Notes: generated from the letters alone by a model not told the origin. 64,000 nucleotides of DNA from an uncultured Thermoleophilia bacterium (GCA_963715985.1 CAVQSP010000020.1:128001-192000); one strand, 5' to 3'; positions 23,026 through 41,848 are shown, numbered from the stretch's first letter. Numbers and translations are program-made.

Positions 23026-24992
23026 TCCTTGGGCTCGAAGCGGACGATGCGGGCGAACTCGGCGGCGTCCAGGCTCGCCCCGCCGACCAGCACGCCGTCG
23101 ATGTCCGGTTGCGCCATGAGGTCGTCGATGTTGGCGGCCTTGACGCTGCCGCCGTACAGGATGCGCACGCCGCCGGCGGCGTCGCCGAAGCGCTCACCCA
23201 GGCGCCGGCGGATGAAGGAGACCGTCTCCTGGGCCATCTCCGGTGTGGCCGTCCTGCCGGTGCCGATGGCCCAGATGGGCTCGTAGGCGACGGCCACGGC
23301 GGCGAGCTCGGTGACGCTCACCTCGGCGAGGTCGGCGTCGAGCTGGCCCCCGACCTTGCTCTCGGTCTGGCCGGCCTCGCGCTCCTCCAGCGTCTCGCCG
23401 CAGCACAGGACCGGCTGCAGGCCGGCGTCGAGCGCGGCGCGGACCTTCTTCGCCAGGTCGGCGTCGTTCTCGGCGTAGTACTGGCGCCGCTCCGAGTGCC
23501 CGAGGATGACCGAGTGCACGCCCAGCTCGACCAGCATGGGCGGCGCAAGTTCGCCGGTGAAGGCGCCCTCTGCCGCGTAGTGCATGGTCTGGGCGCCCAC
23601 GGCGACCTCGGAGCCGGCCGTCGCGGCCAGCGCCGTCTCGAGGCACACCGACGGCGGGCAGATGAGGACGTCGCGGTCGGCGACCCCCGCCACCAGCGGG
23701 AGGAACCCGTCGAAGAACTCACGCGTCTGTGCCCGCGTCTTGTACATCTTCCAGTTGCCGGACATGAGCGGCCGCCGTGCCACGGCGCCGCCCCCTCCGC
23801 TGCCGGCCGCGGCGGCGTCCATGAGCGCGTCCACGCCCGGAAGCGTGCGGCCTTCGAGGAACTCCATCGATGCACCTCCACCTGTGCTCACGTGCGTGAG
23901 CCGGCCCTCGAGGTCGAAGGCGCGGGCGGCGGCCACCGTGTCTCCGCCGCCGGCCACCGTGACCGCAGCGCTCGTGGCGACGGCCTCACCCACGGCCCTG
24001 GTGCCGGCGCTGAACTCGGCGATCTCGAACAGGCCCATCGGGCCGTTCCAGTAGATCGTGCCGGCGCCGCGCAGGCGGCGCGAGAACTCCTCCACCGTGG
24101 CCGGGCCGATGTCGAGCGCCATCTCGGCGGCGGCGATGCCGTCCACCGCCGTGATCCGCGCCGCGGCGCCTGCCACGGCCTCCTCGGCCACCACGACGTC
24201 GGAGGGCAGCACCAGCGCGCAGCGGGACGTCTGCGCGGCGGTGAGGACGTCGGCCGCCACCGCCGCCTCATCCGGGTCGCCGCCCTTGGACAGGCCGACG
24301 CCGTGCCCGCCGGCGGCGATGAAGGCGTTGGCCATGGCGCCGCCGATGAGGATGGTGTCGGCGAGCTCGAGCATGCGGCGGATGACGGAGATCTTGTCCG
24401 ACACCTTGAGCCCGCCCAGCACCACCACGAACGGCCGCGCGGGGTCCCGCAACAGGCGCCCGAGGATCTCGAGCTCGCGTGTCATGAGGAGGCCGGCCAC
24501 GGAGGGCAGGTAGTGCGTGACGCCCTCCGTGGAGGCGTGCGCCCTGTGGGCCGTGCCGAAGGCGTCGTTGACGAACACCTGCGCGAGCCCGGCGAGCTGC
24601 TTGGCGAAGACGGCGTCGTTGCCCGTCTCCTCGGCGTGGAAGCGCAGGTTCTCGAGCAGCAGGACGTCGCCGGGAGCGAGCGCCGCGGCGGCCTTCTCGG
24701 CCGCCGGGCCCACGCAGTCGTCGACGGCGGCCACGGGACGGCCGAGCAACTCCGCCAGCCGCTGGGCCACAGGCGCCATGCGCAGCTCCTCGACCACCTG
24801 GCCCTTGGGCCTGCCGAGGTGCGAAGCGAGCACCACCGAGCAGCCCTGGTCGAGCAGGTACGTGATGGTGGGCAGGGCCGCGCGGATACGCGTGTCGTCG
24901 GCCACGTGCCCGTCCTTGAGGGGCACGTTGAAGTCGACCCGCACCAGCACGCGCTTGCCGGCCAGGGGATAGTCGGTGAGCGAACGCTTCAT
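23022..24992 (-). CDS. pgk-tpiA: In-frame phosphoglycerate kinase-triosephosphate isomerase fusion
   Basis: PGK motifs ([31 protein letters not shown]), linker [11 protein letters not shown], then TPI motifs ([31 protein letters not shown]). Confidence 0.95.
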   Translation of the reverse strand: MKRSLTDYPLAGKRVLVRVDFNVPLKDGHVADDTRIRAALPTITYLLDQGCSVVLASHLGRPKGQVVEELRMAPVAQRLAELLGRPVAAVDDCVGPAAEKAAAALAPGDVLLLENLRFHAEETGNDAVFAKQLAGLAQVFVNDAFGTAHRAHASTEGVTHYLPSVAGLLMTRELEILGRLLRDPARPFVVVLGGLKVSDKISVIRRMLELADTILIGGAMANAFIAAGGHGVGLSKGGDPDEAAVAADVLTAAQTSRCALVLPSDVVVAEEAVAGAAARITAVDGIAAAEMALDIGPATVEEFSRRLRGAGTIYWNGPMGLFEIAEFSAGTRAVGEAVATSAAVTVAGGGDTVAAARAFDLEGRLTHVSTGGGASMEFLEGRTLPGVDALMDAAAAGSGGGGAVARRPLMSGNWKMYKTRAQTREFFDGFLPLVAGVADRDVLICPPSVCLETALAATAGSEVAVGAQTMHYAAEGAFTGELAPPMLVELGVHSVILGHSERRQYYAENDADLAKKVRAALDAGLQPVLCCGETLEEREAGQTESKVGGQLDADLAEVSVTELAAVAVAYEPIWAIGTGRTATPEMAQETVSFIRRRLGERFGDAAGGVRILYGGSVKAANIDDLMAQPDIDGVLVGGASLDAAEFARIVRFEPKD

Positions 24993-25023
24993 GACGCCTG
25001 CAGCCTCCTTGGCGGGAGTCCTC

Positions 25024-30397
<5,374 letters not shown>

Positions 30398-30545
30398 GAT
30401 GCCCTCATGATACCTTGGCCGGCGGTGGCGGGCCCTGAGCTATGATGACCGTCATCGGGCACTCGGGCCCGGACGGCATCGGGGGCCAACGCCTGCGGGC
30501 GGCCCCCGCCGGACCACGTCAGCGCGCGCGGGAGGACTTCACGAC

Positions 30546-31781
30546 ATGGGTGGGCAACGCACGCTCGGCATCAACGGGCTGGGCCGCATCGGCAAACTCA
30601 CGCTCTGGCACCACCTCGGGCGCGAGGACTTCGACAGGTTCGTGGTCAACACCGGCCGCCCCGTGGGTACGTCGCTCGAGGCCATCGTCCAGTACATCAG
30701 CAAGGACACCACGTACGGGCCGCTGCACCGCTTCCTCTACGGGCGTTCAGGTGTGCGTGACGTGAGTGTGGTGGACGAGGAGCGTGGCCTCATCTCCGCC
30801 TACGGCAAGGAGATCGTGATCCTCCGCCAGGCCCGTGACCCGCGCGAGATCCCGTGGCGCGAGCACGGCGTGGCGCTCGTGGTGGAGTGCACCGGCACGT
30901 TCCGCGACCCGCACGCCGAGCCCATCGAGGGCAAGGGCTCGCTGCGCGGGCACCTCACGGCCGGCGCCTCCGTGGTCGTGCAGAGCTCTCCGTTCAAGAG
31001 CCGCAACAAGGGTGCGCCGCTGCCGCACGACGCGGCGATGTTCATCCACGGCATCAACGACTACGAGTTCGACCCGGCCGTGCACAAGGTGATCTCCGGG
31101 GCGTCCTGCACCACCACGGCCCTGGCGCACATGATGCGCCCCCTGCTCGACCGCGACCTCACCAAGGACATGATCACCGCCGGCATGAGCACGGTCCACG
31201 CCGTGACCAACTCCCAGCCCGTGCTGGACGCCGTGCCCGGGGCCGGAGCCACCGACTTACGCAAGAGCCGCGGCGCCCTGAACAACGTGGTCATCACCTC
31301 CACCAACGCCGCCGCGGCCCTCGAGCACGTGATGCCGGAGATCGCTCGCATCGGCTTCATGGCCGACTCCGTGCGCATCCCCATCTCCAGCGTGAGCCTC
31401 ATCATCCTCAACGTCACGTTTCAGAGTGAGGAGCGCACCGACGGCACTGTGTCCGTCGGGCGCGAGGCCATCAACGCCATCTACCGTGACGCCGCCGAGG
31501 GCGAGGCGCGCGGCCTGCTCAAGTTCAGCGAGGAGCAGAACGTCTCCGCCGACATGCTCGGCGAGGACGCCGCCGTGGTGATCGAGGGCGTCGAGACCCA
31601 CACCCGCACCGGCTTCATGAACCTGCGCGTCCCTTGTCAGCTGCCGGATGGTACCCAGGCGCCCGAGACCGTGCGCGTGCCGCTCACCCACGTGAAGATC
31701 TTCGGCTGGTACGACAACGAGATGGGCAGCTACACGTACCGTCTGGGCGAACTGACGGCGCACGTGGCACGCAGCATGTAG
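30546..31781 (+). CDS. Divergent 411-aa GAPDH-family protein
   Basis: GINGLGRIG, VVECTG, GASCTTTAL, HAVTNSQ, VRIP and GWYDNE. SD GGAGG upstream. Confidence 0.9.
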   Translation: MGGQRTLGINGLGRIGKLTLWHHLGREDFDRFVVNTGRPVGTSLEAIVQYISKDTTYGPLHRFLYGRSGVRDVSVVDEERGLISAYGKEIVILRQARDPREIPWREHGVALVVECTGTFRDPHAEPIEGKGSLRGHLTAGASVVVQSSPFKSRNKGAPLPHDAAMFIHGINDYEFDPAVHKVISGASCTTTALAHMMRPLLDRDLTKDMITAGMSTVHAVTNSQPVLDAVPGAGATDLRKSRGALNNVVITSTNAAAALEHVMPEIARIGFMADSVRIPISSVSLIILNVTFQSEERTDGTVSVGREAINAIYRDAAEGEARGLLKFSEEQNVSADMLGEDAAVVIEGVETHTRTGFMNLRVPCQLPDGTQAPETVRVPLTHVKIFGWYDNEMGSYTYRLGELTAHVARSM

Positions 31782-31828
31782 CGCGGGCCGCCGGGCGCGG
31801 CGGGAGAGGCGGCGGGTCTGGGACGCGC

Positions 31829-32761
31829 TCAGCCTTCTTCGTCGCCGGCGGCGGCGAGCAGGCGGCGCAAGCGGTGGTTCATCGCCGACTTGGTGAGCGG
31901 CGGGTGCGCACGTCCGGCGAGCTCCTGCAGGCTCAGGTACGGATACCGGAGGCGCAGCTCGGCGACCTCGCGCAGCGAGTCGGGCAGCGCGTCCCACGTC
32001 GGCGAGGCCATCAGACTGCGGGCGGCGGCGGCCTGCCGCTCGGCCGCCGCCGCCGCCCGTCTGGCGTTGGCCTCGTCGCAGTTGGCCAGGCGGTTGGCGC
32101 TCTCGCGCACCGTGCCGAGCACGGCGTGCTCCTCCCAGCGCAGGCACGCCTCGTGCGCGCCGAGGACGGCGAGCAGGTCGGCGGCGGTCTGCGAGCGCTT
32201 GCTGTAGCAGGCCACGTTGCGCTCGCGCTCCATGACCTTGAACTCGAGGTCCAGGCGCGCCAGCAGGCGCCGGACCTGTTCGGCCAGGCCGAGGTCCTCG
32301 ATCGTGAGCTCCACGTGCACCGGCGCCCCCGGCGCGGAGATCGAACCGCAGCCCAGGAAGAGGCCGCGCAGAAAGGCGACCAGGCAGCAGCGCCGCTCCA
32401 CCAGCCGGCGCGGAACCGTCATCTGCACCCGCAGGTCGTCGGAGAGCACCCCGAGCTCGTTGAGCAGCTGCAGGTCGCGCACCTCGTCCCCGAGCACGAC
32501 TTCGTAGCGCAGGCCGACGGGGGCGGAGTCCACGGTGCGCAGCTCCGCCCGCACGCCGAAGCGCTTGAGCAGGCCGAGCACGTGCCGCGCCGAGGCCGGC
32601 AGAGCCAGCGAGATGCGCAGCCCGTAGCGACCGCCGGGGCCGATATCGAAGACGCCGGCCCCGAAGAGGATGCCGGAGAGCTGCGCGCGCCGGCAGTGCT
32701 CGGCCTCGGGGACCACCGTGCCGAGCTCGAGCTTGACGTCGCGGGTGAAGGACACCGTCAT
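31829..32761 (-). CDS. whiA: DNA-binding protein WhiA
   Basis: FTRDVKLEL, FLRGLFLGCGS, ANRLANCDEAN, SLQEL and KSAMNHRLRRL. Confidence 0.95.
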   Translation of the reverse strand: MTVSFTRDVKLELGTVVPEAEHCRRAQLSGILFGAGVFDIGPGGRYGLRISLALPASARHVLGLLKRFGVRAELRTVDSAPVGLRYEVVLGDEVRDLQLLNELGVLSDDLRVQMTVPRRLVERRCCLVAFLRGLFLGCGSISAPGAPVHVELTIEDLGLAEQVRRLLARLDLEFKVMERERNVACYSKRSQTAADLLAVLGAHEACLRWEEHAVLGTVRESANRLANCDEANARRAAAAAERQAAAARSLMASPTWDALPDSLREVAELRLRYPYLSLQELAGRAHPPLTKSAMNHRLRRLLAAAGDEEG

Positions 32762-34008
32762 CTCACGGCGTGCAGCAGCGCGTCCGCCAGCCGCTCGGGG
32801 TCGTGGCGAACCACCTCGTTCTGCGTGAGGAGCGGCGCGCGCGCCACCTTGACACCCATGTCCCGCAGCCGCTGCTCGTCGACCACCACCGGCCGCGCGC
32901 CCTCGCGCTCGTAGCGCCGCACCAGCTCGGGCGACAGCGGCTCGTCGTTGACGAGCACGACGTCCACCACCCCGCTGAGCCCGTGCAGGTGCAGCGCCTC
33001 CAGGTGGTCGGCGGCGGTGTAGCCGTCGGTCTCTCCCGGCTGCGTCATGACGTTGCACACGTACACCACCCAGGCGCGCGTCCCCGCGATGGCGTCGCGG
33101 ATCCCGGGGATGAGCACGTTGGGCATCACGGACGTGTACAGGCTGCCCGGCCCCAGGACCACCAGGTCGGCCTTGGCGAAGGCGGAGAGCGCCTGCGGAT
33201 GCGGCCGCGGCACCTCGGGGCTGAGCCACACGCGCAGCGGCAGCCGGTCGGCGGCCGTGATGGTGCTCTCCCCGCTCACACGGCCGCCGCCCTCCAGCTG
33301 CGCGTGCAGCACGACGTCGTCGAGGGTGGACGGCAGCACCCGCCCTCTCACCTTGAGCACCTGGGTGGACTCCTGCACGGCCAGCTCGAAGTCGCCCGTC
33401 ACTTCTGTGAGGGCTGCCATGAAGAGGTTGCCGAAGCTGTGCCCGTGCAGGCCGCCGTCCTCCGGGAAGCGGTACTTGAAGAGCTGACTCATCACGGACT
33501 CGTCGTCGGCCAGCGCCACGAGGCAGTTGCGCAGGTCGCCGGGCGGCGGCATGCCCATGTGGCGGCGCAGCAGCCCGGAGCTGCCGCCGTCGTCGGCCAT
33601 GGTCACCACGGCCGTGAGGTTGCTGGTGTGGGCCTTGAGGCCGCGAAGCAAGGCCGCCAGGCCATTGCCGCCGCCGACGGCCACGACGCGCGGGCCGCGC
33701 GCCAGACGCGCCGTCTCGCGGATCTCGCCGACACTCTCGGGGCTGGTCTTCTGGAAGAGCCAGACCCGGCGCGCACCCCAGACGAGCAGCACCGCGCCGA
33801 ACACGATGCCGTCGAAGGCGAGCACCGCTGCCGCCCAGTGCCGGTGCTCGAGCCATCCCATGCCCAGGCCGCGCAGAAGCTGCGCCGACCAGATCACGCC
33901 CACGGAGAAGAGGAGCGAGTAGGCCAGCACGGCGCCGCCGGCGAGGGCGAGCAGGATCCAGCGCTTGAGCCCCAATCCGGGGTAGAGCCACTCCAGCGAT
34001 CGGGGCAT
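32758..34008 (-). CDS. yvcK: YvcK/GlmR family protein with N-terminal TM segments
   Basis: GGGNG, DDGGSSG, PPGDLRNCL, GHSFGNL, GPGSLYTS and NVMTQPGET. Confidence 0.95.
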   Translation of the reverse strand: MPRSLEWLYPGLGLKRWILLALAGGAVLAYSLLFSVGVIWSAQLLRGLGMGWLEHRHWAAAVLAFDGIVFGAVLLVWGARRVWLFQKTSPESVGEIRETARLARGPRVVAVGGGNGLAALLRGLKAHTSNLTAVVTMADDGGSSGLLRRHMGMPPPGDLRNCLVALADDESVMSQLFKYRFPEDGGLHGHSFGNLFMAALTEVTGDFELAVQESTQVLKVRGRVLPSTLDDVVLHAQLEGGGRVSGESTITAADRLPLRVWLSPEVPRPHPQALSAFAKADLVVLGPGSLYTSVMPNVLIPGIRDAIAGTRAWVVYVCNVMTQPGETDGYTAADHLEALHLHGLSGVVDVVLVNDEPLSPELVRRYEREGARPVVVDEQRLRDMGVKVARAPLLTQNEVVRHDPERLADALLHAVR

Positions 34009-34016
34009 GACGGGTC

Positions 34017-34886
34017 TTAGTCCCTCGTGAGGTCGCGGTGACGCACCACCGTGTAGTAGCCCTGCTTCTCGTAGCGCTCGCCGATGAGCTGCGCGATGGC
34101 GACGGAGCGATGCCGCCCCCCGGTGCAGCCCACGCCGATGGTGAGGTGGGCCTTGCCTTCGGCAGCGTATCGCGGGAAGAGGAAGTCGAGCAGGGGGAAC
34201 AGACGGTCGAGGTACTCCTGCGACCCGGGCGACTCCATCACGAAGTCCCGCACCTCCGCGTCGAGGCCCGTGAGCGGCCGCAGCCGCAGGTCGTAGTGCG
34301 GGTTGGGCAGGAAGCGCACGTCGAAGAGCAGGTCGGCGTCGATGGGGATGCCGTACTTGTAGCCGAACGAGACCACGGCGAACACGATGTTGGTGCGCCG
34401 GTTGTGCTGGATCAGGTCCTCGTTGAGTCGCGCCTTGAGCTGGTGGATGGAGATGTCGCTGGTGTCGATGACCATGTGGGCGCGTTCGCGCAGCCCCGCC
34501 AGGAGTCCGCGCTCCTTGCGGATGCCGTCGATGACGCTGCCGCCGCCGGCCAGCGGGTGGCGGCGGCGCGTCTCCTTGAAGCGGCGCACGAGCGCCTCGT
34601 TGGACGCCTCCAGAAACACCAGCGTGTATTCCACGTCGCGCTCGTGCAGCTCGTCGAGCAGGTCCTCGAGCTGGCTGAAGTACTCCCCCCCGCGCACGTC
34701 GCTGACCACGGCCACGCGGTCGACCTTGCTGCCGGTGCGGCGGAAGAGGTCGACGAGCGTGGGCACGAGCTCCGGGGGGAGGTTGTCCACGCAGAACCAG
34801 CCGGCGTCCTCGAACGAGTCCATGGCCTGGGACTTGCCGGCCCCGGAGAGGCCGGTGATGATGACGAACTCCAGGGGCGAGCTCAC
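34017..34886 (-). CDS. rapZ: RapZ/YvcJ P-loop nucleotide-binding protein
   Basis: ITGLSGAGKS, CVDNLP, ETRRRHPL, SFGYKYG and GCTGGRHRSV. Confidence 0.96.
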   Translation of the reverse strand: MSSPLEFVIITGLSGAGKSQAMDSFEDAGWFCVDNLPPELVPTLVDLFRRTGSKVDRVAVVSDVRGGEYFSQLEDLLDELHERDVEYTLVFLEASNEALVRRFKETRRRHPLAGGGSVIDGIRKERGLLAGLRERAHMVIDTSDISIHQLKARLNEDLIQHNRRTNIVFAVVSFGYKYGIPIDADLLFDVRFLPNPHYDLRLRPLTGLDAEVRDFVMESPGSQEYLDRLFPLLDFLFPRYAAEGKAHLTIGVGCTGGRHRSVAIAQLIGERYEKQGYYTVVRHRDLTRD

Positions 34887-35428
34887 GCCAGCCGGCCTTC
34901 CCGCACGGCCACGCCCTCGAGGGCGAGCAGGCGCTCCTTCCACGCCGGGTCGGAGCCGTACTGGCCCAGGCGCCCGTCGTTGCGCACCACCCGGTGGCAC
35001 GGAAGGATGAGCGGCAGCTCGTTGCCCGCCATCACCGACCCCGTGGCCCGGTAGGCGTTGGGGTGACCGGCCGCGGCGGCGAGCTCTCTGTAACTCAGCG
35101 CCGTTCCGTAGGGCACGGCGGCCAGGGCCGCGAACACCTCGGCTGCGAAGGCGGTGAGGCCACGGGCGGCGGCGTAGGCCTCCACGTCGAGCTCGAACGA
35201 CACTGGCTCGCCGGCGAAGTAGCGCGTGAGCAGACCGCGCAGGCGGTCGGCCGCGGGCTTCGCGACCGAGTCGGCCAGGCACACGTAGGCGGTCCCGGGC
35301 AGATCGAGCCGGATGGGCAGGTCGCCGGCGAGCACGAACCTGCCCACACCCCACCCGCACTCGTACGTGTGTTCCGTGACCGGCCCGCGGCCGGCGTACT
35401 GCTCAGCCTGTCTTGTGGAGGTGCGCAT
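34883..35428 (-). CDS. ogt: Methylated-DNA--protein-cysteine methyltransferase
   Basis: VPYG..LSY, AYRATG and LILPCHRVV. Start uncertain. Confidence 0.92.
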   Translation of the reverse strand: MRTSTRQAEQYAGRGPVTEHTYECGWGVGRFVLAGDLPIRLDLPGTAYVCLADSVAKPAADRLRGLLTRYFAGEPVSFELDVEAYAAARGLTAFAAEVFAALAAVPYGTALSYRELAAAAGHPNAYRATGSVMAGNELPLILPCHRVVRNDGRLGQYGSDPAWKERLLALEGVAVREGRLA

Positions 35429-37265
35429 AGATCTCCCTCGCCACCTTGCGCGGCAGCCCCGGCACGCGCTCGAGTTCCTCGCGGGAGGCGGCGATGAAGC
35501 GCTCGGGGCTGCCGAAGTGCTCCAGGATGCGCCGCCGCCGCACGGGGCCGACCTGCGGCAACTCGTCGAAGACCGGGGACGAGCGCAGGCCGGCGTCGCG
35601 GCGCTGTCTATGGTACGTCACGGCGAAGCGGTGCGCCTCGTCGCGGATACGCTGCAGTAGCAGCGAGCCCGGATCGTCGGCAGGCAGCGGCAGCGGGTCG
35701 CGCCGGCCCGGCACGAAGACCTCCTCGCGCTGCTTGGCGAGGCTGGCGAGCTCGAGCTCCACCCCGGCCTCGCGAAGGGCCGCCTGCGCCGCGGAGAGCT
35801 GGCCCTTGCCGCCGTCCACGACGACCAGGTCGGGCAGGGTGGCGAAGCTCTCGTCGTAATCGCCCCCGGACTCGGCGGCGCCGGCACGCTCGAAGCGGCG
35901 CCGCACCACCTGGTTCATCATCGCGAAGTCGTCCTGGCCATCCGTGTCGCGGAGCGCGAACTTGCGGTAGTGGGCCTTCTTGGGCTGGCCGCCCTCGAAG
36001 ACGACCATGGAGCCCACGATGTGCTGCTCTCCGAGGTTGGAGATGTCGTAGCACTCGATGCGCAGCGGCAGGCTCTCGAGACCCAAGGCATCGCGCAGGT
36101 GTTCGAGCGCCTCGATGCGCGCCGAGCTGCGGCGCGCCAGGCGCTCTTCCTCGGCCTGCGCGGCGAGCTCGGCGTTGCGCTGGGCCAGCTCCAGAAGGCG
36201 GCGCTTGGGGCCGCGTTTGGCGGCGCGCACGGCCACACTGGCGCCGCGCCGCGCGGCCAGCACCGCCGCCACACTCTCGGACTCCTCCAGCGGCGCCACC
36301 ACTTCGGGCGGCACCGCCGAGCCGTCCCAGTAGAACTCGAGCAGGAACTCCTCCAGCACGTCGGCGACGTCGCGCCCCTCGGCGTTCTCCACGTAGAACG
36401 CCTGCCGGTCCACCACGGCGCCGTCACGCACGCGGAACACCTGCGCGTTGGCGCCGGGCTCGCCCTGGTACAGGCCGACCACGTCGAAGGCGTCGGTGTC
36501 TTCGATGCGCGCGGACTGGCGCTCGTGCACGTGGCGCACGGCGGCGAGACGGTCGCGCAGCGCCGCCGCCTTCTCGAACTCCTGCGTCGCCGCGGCGGTG
36601 GCCATCTCGCGCTCGATGCCACGCTCCACGTCGGTCAGCTTGCCGCGCAGGAAGTCCACCGCCTGGCGCACCACGTCCATGTACTCCTCGTGTGTCACAC
36701 GTGCGTCACAGGGCGCCAATGAGCGCTTGATGAAGTACTGCAGGCAGGGCGAGCCGCTGGGCCGTCCGGGCTTCGCCCCCTTGCACTTGCGGTAGGGGAA
36801 GATGCGCCCGATGAGCTCCGTGACCTCACGGACCTTGCGGGCGCTTGAGTACGGCCCGAAATAGAGGTTGCCGGGAACGTGGCGCCCGCGGAAGAACCGC
36901 ACCCGCGGCCACTCGTCGTTCATCGTGATCTCGATGTACGGGTAGCTCTTGTCGTCGCGCAGGCGCAAGTTGAACGGCGGCCGTGCCTCCTTGATGAAGT
37001 TGTCCTCCAGCAGCAGGGCTTCACTCTCGGAGGCCGTCACCACCCACTCCAGGTCGCGCGCCTGGGCGAGCATCTCGCCGGTACGCCCGTGCGGCGTGCG
37101 CCCGCGGGCGAAGTACGAGGCCACACGCTTGCGCAAGTCCTTGGCCTTGCCCACGTAGAGCACTTCGCCGCCCGCGCCGAGAAAACGGTACACGCCGGGG
37201 TCGTGCGGTACGTGAGGCAGGCGCGCCTCGAGGCCGCCGAGGGAGGGTGAGCGCGGAACAGTCAT
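35403..37265 (-). CDS. uvrC: Excinuclease ABC subunit C
   Basis: PGVYRF, YVGKAKDLRKRV, DDKSYPY, RIECYDISN, VDGGKGQL and RDEAHRFA. TACAAT lies 7 nt upstream of the ATG. Confidence 0.97.
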   Translation of the reverse strand: MTVPRSPSLGGLEARLPHVPHDPGVYRFLGAGGEVLYVGKAKDLRKRVASYFARGRTPHGRTGEMLAQARDLEWVVTASESEALLLEDNFIKEARPPFNLRLRDDKSYPYIEITMNDEWPRVRFFRGRHVPGNLYFGPYSSARKVREVTELIGRIFPYRKCKGAKPGRPSGSPCLQYFIKRSLAPCDARVTHEEYMDVVRQAVDFLRGKLTDVERGIEREMATAAATQEFEKAAALRDRLAAVRHVHERQSARIEDTDAFDVVGLYQGEPGANAQVFRVRDGAVVDRQAFYVENAEGRDVADVLEEFLLEFYWDGSAVPPEVVAPLEESESVAAVLAARRGASVAVRAAKRGPKRRLLELAQRNAELAAQAEEERLARRSSARIEALEHLRDALGLESLPLRIECYDISNLGEQHIVGSMVVFEGGQPKKAHYRKFALRDTDGQDDFAMMNQVVRRRFERAGAAESGGDYDESFATLPDLVVVDGGKGQLSAAQAALREAGVELELASLAKQREEVFVPGRRDPLPLPADDPGSLLLQRIRDEAHRFAVTYHRQRRDAGLRSSPVFDELPQVGPVRRRRILEHFGSPERFIAASREELERVPGLPRKVAREIYAHLHKTG

Positions 37266-37417
37266 CTCCCCGATTGTACTGCCCGCGTGCGGCGCCTGCG
37301 GCGCACACCCCACCGCCTGGCAGGCGTGGCCGGGCGACGTGGTCGTACCTGACGGCACGGAGCTCCTCACGAACGCCACGCACCTGGGCTGCGCTCCGGG
37401 CATGAACGCAGCTCCGG

Positions 37418-37927
37418 CTAGGGCGAACGGTCACGCCGCAAGCAGGGCGAAGGGTCCGCGCACAGGCCGAGCCGCATCTCGAAGAACGGAAGGCGTGCGC
37501 CAGAGGCGAGGATCTTGGTCCCTCGCGACGTGATCGCGAAGCCGAGCTTCTCGTAGCATGCGATGGCGCGGACGTTGTCCCGGCGCACGTGCAACGTGAC
37601 GACCCTCGTGGGGAGCTGCCGCCGGCACTCGTCGAGGGCCAGGCGGATCGCCTCGGAGCCGATCCCTCGACCGAACACGGACGGGTGCTTCAAGTAGACA
37701 CCGAGGACGGACTCCTCGGGGCCCCCACCTGGCTCGAGCCAGACCGTGCCGACGTCGGCACCGGAGCTGACGACGATGAACCAGAGAAGGCCGTGGTCGG
37801 GATCGTGACGCACGGCCAGTGCGTCCCGCGGCCTCACCCGCGACGCATACTTCCCGAGGTCGAAGGCCTCAGCCCAGCGCCCGATGAGCTGCAGGTCGTC
37901 CTCACCGAATGCTCGCAGCTCGATCAC
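37418..37927 (-). CDS. GNAT-family N-acetyltransferase (RimJ/L-like)
   Basis: FGRGIGSEAI and LHVRRDNVRAIACYEKLGF. Confidence 0.85.
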   Translation of the reverse strand: MIELRAFGEDDLQLIGRWAEAFDLGKYASRVRPRDALAVRHDPDHGLLWFIVVSSGADVGTVWLEPGGGPEESVLGVYLKHPSVFGRGIGSEAIRLALDECRRQLPTRVVTLHVRRDNVRAIACYEKLGFAITSRGTKILASGARLPFFEMRLGLCADPSPCLRRDRSP

Positions 37928-37970
37928 GTGGCCTCGCCTGAGGAGAGGGATACCGTCTGCGCGGTGGCCT

Positions 37971-40811
<2,841 letters not shown>

Positions 40812-40925
40812 CCGTCTAGTTTGACAGGTCTGACAAGCCGGCGCCGCCGACGAGTCAGCGTCGCAGCGGCTGCGGCCGACGGCGCTCCCCGTTGCAGGCG
40901 CCGCCGGCCGGAGTACGCTGTGGGA

Positions 40926-41105
40926 GTGGACGGGACCGGCATCAGCGGGAGCTCGGCGGGCGACGAGCCGGTACGATCGGCGCGAGACCGCACGCCGGTC
41001 GCGTCCACCGGTTGCATCGTCGGCCTGGTCCTCGCGGTGCTGGCCGTGTTTGTGATCGCGCCGGCCCTGCTGTGGGGCCTGGGCATGGCGTGCGGCGCCC
41101 GCTAG
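40926..41105 (+). CDS. Putative 59-aa single-pass membrane protein
   Basis: A TACGCT -10 lies 6 nt before the GTG. Hydrophobic C-terminus [25 protein letters not shown]. Fills the gap divergent from uvrA. Confidence 0.5.
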   Translation: MDGTGISGSSAGDEPVRSARDRTPVASTGCIVGLVLAVLAVFVIAPALLWGLGMACGAR

Positions 41106-41230
41106 GAGCTCGCTCCGCCGCGCCGGTCTCAGTGAGCAGTGCGCCAACGGTGCCCCGCTCGTTAGCCCCGCTGCGCCGGCTATTGAGGGGTGATACTACG
41201 CCTCACCCCTCGTTGACCTGCCTACGGGGG

Positions 41231-41848
41231 TCAATCGATGAGCAGGAGACCGGTCCAGCGCGGATGGTCGGCCGCCGGCACCTCGACCGCGAGGCCCGCC
41301 GCCTCAGCCGTGGCGACGACGTCGATGCCCACGGCTTCCATGGACGGCCGCGCCTCGAAGGGGTGCTTGCACTGCCCACCCGTGGCGCCGGCACAGACGT
41401 CGCACAGCACGCAGTCACCGCCGGCGAACGCGGCCGCGAAGCGGTAGCCCATCTTGTAGGCCTCGGCCTCCAGCGCCGTCATCATCGCGGCGAACTCGTT
41501 CTGGCTCTCGTGGAGGCGCTCCTCGTAGGCGCCCGGGCTCGCGTCGGCGTGACCCTCCGCGTCCCGGTCCGCCAAGACCTGCTCCACGGCCGTCTGCGAG
41601 AGCGGGATGTCCTGCTGTACGACGAGCGTGTCCGAGTACCGCGCCAGCGCGGCGCGCGTCTCGGCCGCGGTGGGCGTGTTGGGCGGGCACATGAGGTTCA
41701 CCCCGTAGTGCCCGCACAGCGGCACGCGGCACTTGAGCGTGACGCGCTCGTCGACGACGACGGCGCGGGCGGGCAGCGGCGCCGCGGCTGCGGCACCGAG
41801 TGCCCGCGCTCTGGACACCATCGCCTGGAGATGCAGCGCGTCAGCCAA
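41231..41848 (-). CDS. DUF2284 Cys-rich predicted metal-binding protein
   Basis: [11 protein letters not shown]...[13 protein letters not shown] and [18 protein letters not shown]. Confidence 0.9.
   Translation of the reverse strand: MADALHLQAMVSRARALGAAAAAPLPARAVVVDERVTLKCRVPLCGHYGVNLMCPPNTPTAAETRAALARYSDTLVVQQDIPLSQTAVEQVLADRDAEGHADASPGAYEERLHESQNEFAAMMTALEAEAYKMGYRFAAAFAGGDCVLCDVCAGATGGQCKHPFEARPSMEAVGIDVVATAEAAGLAVEVPAADHPRWTGLLLID

Noticed and set aside
40815-40840. TTGTCAG...TAGAC upstream of uvrA as a PafBC/RecA-NDp promoter
   Set aside because: The spacing is 11 nt rather than 10 and the hexamer ends in G, not T. Too weak to call.
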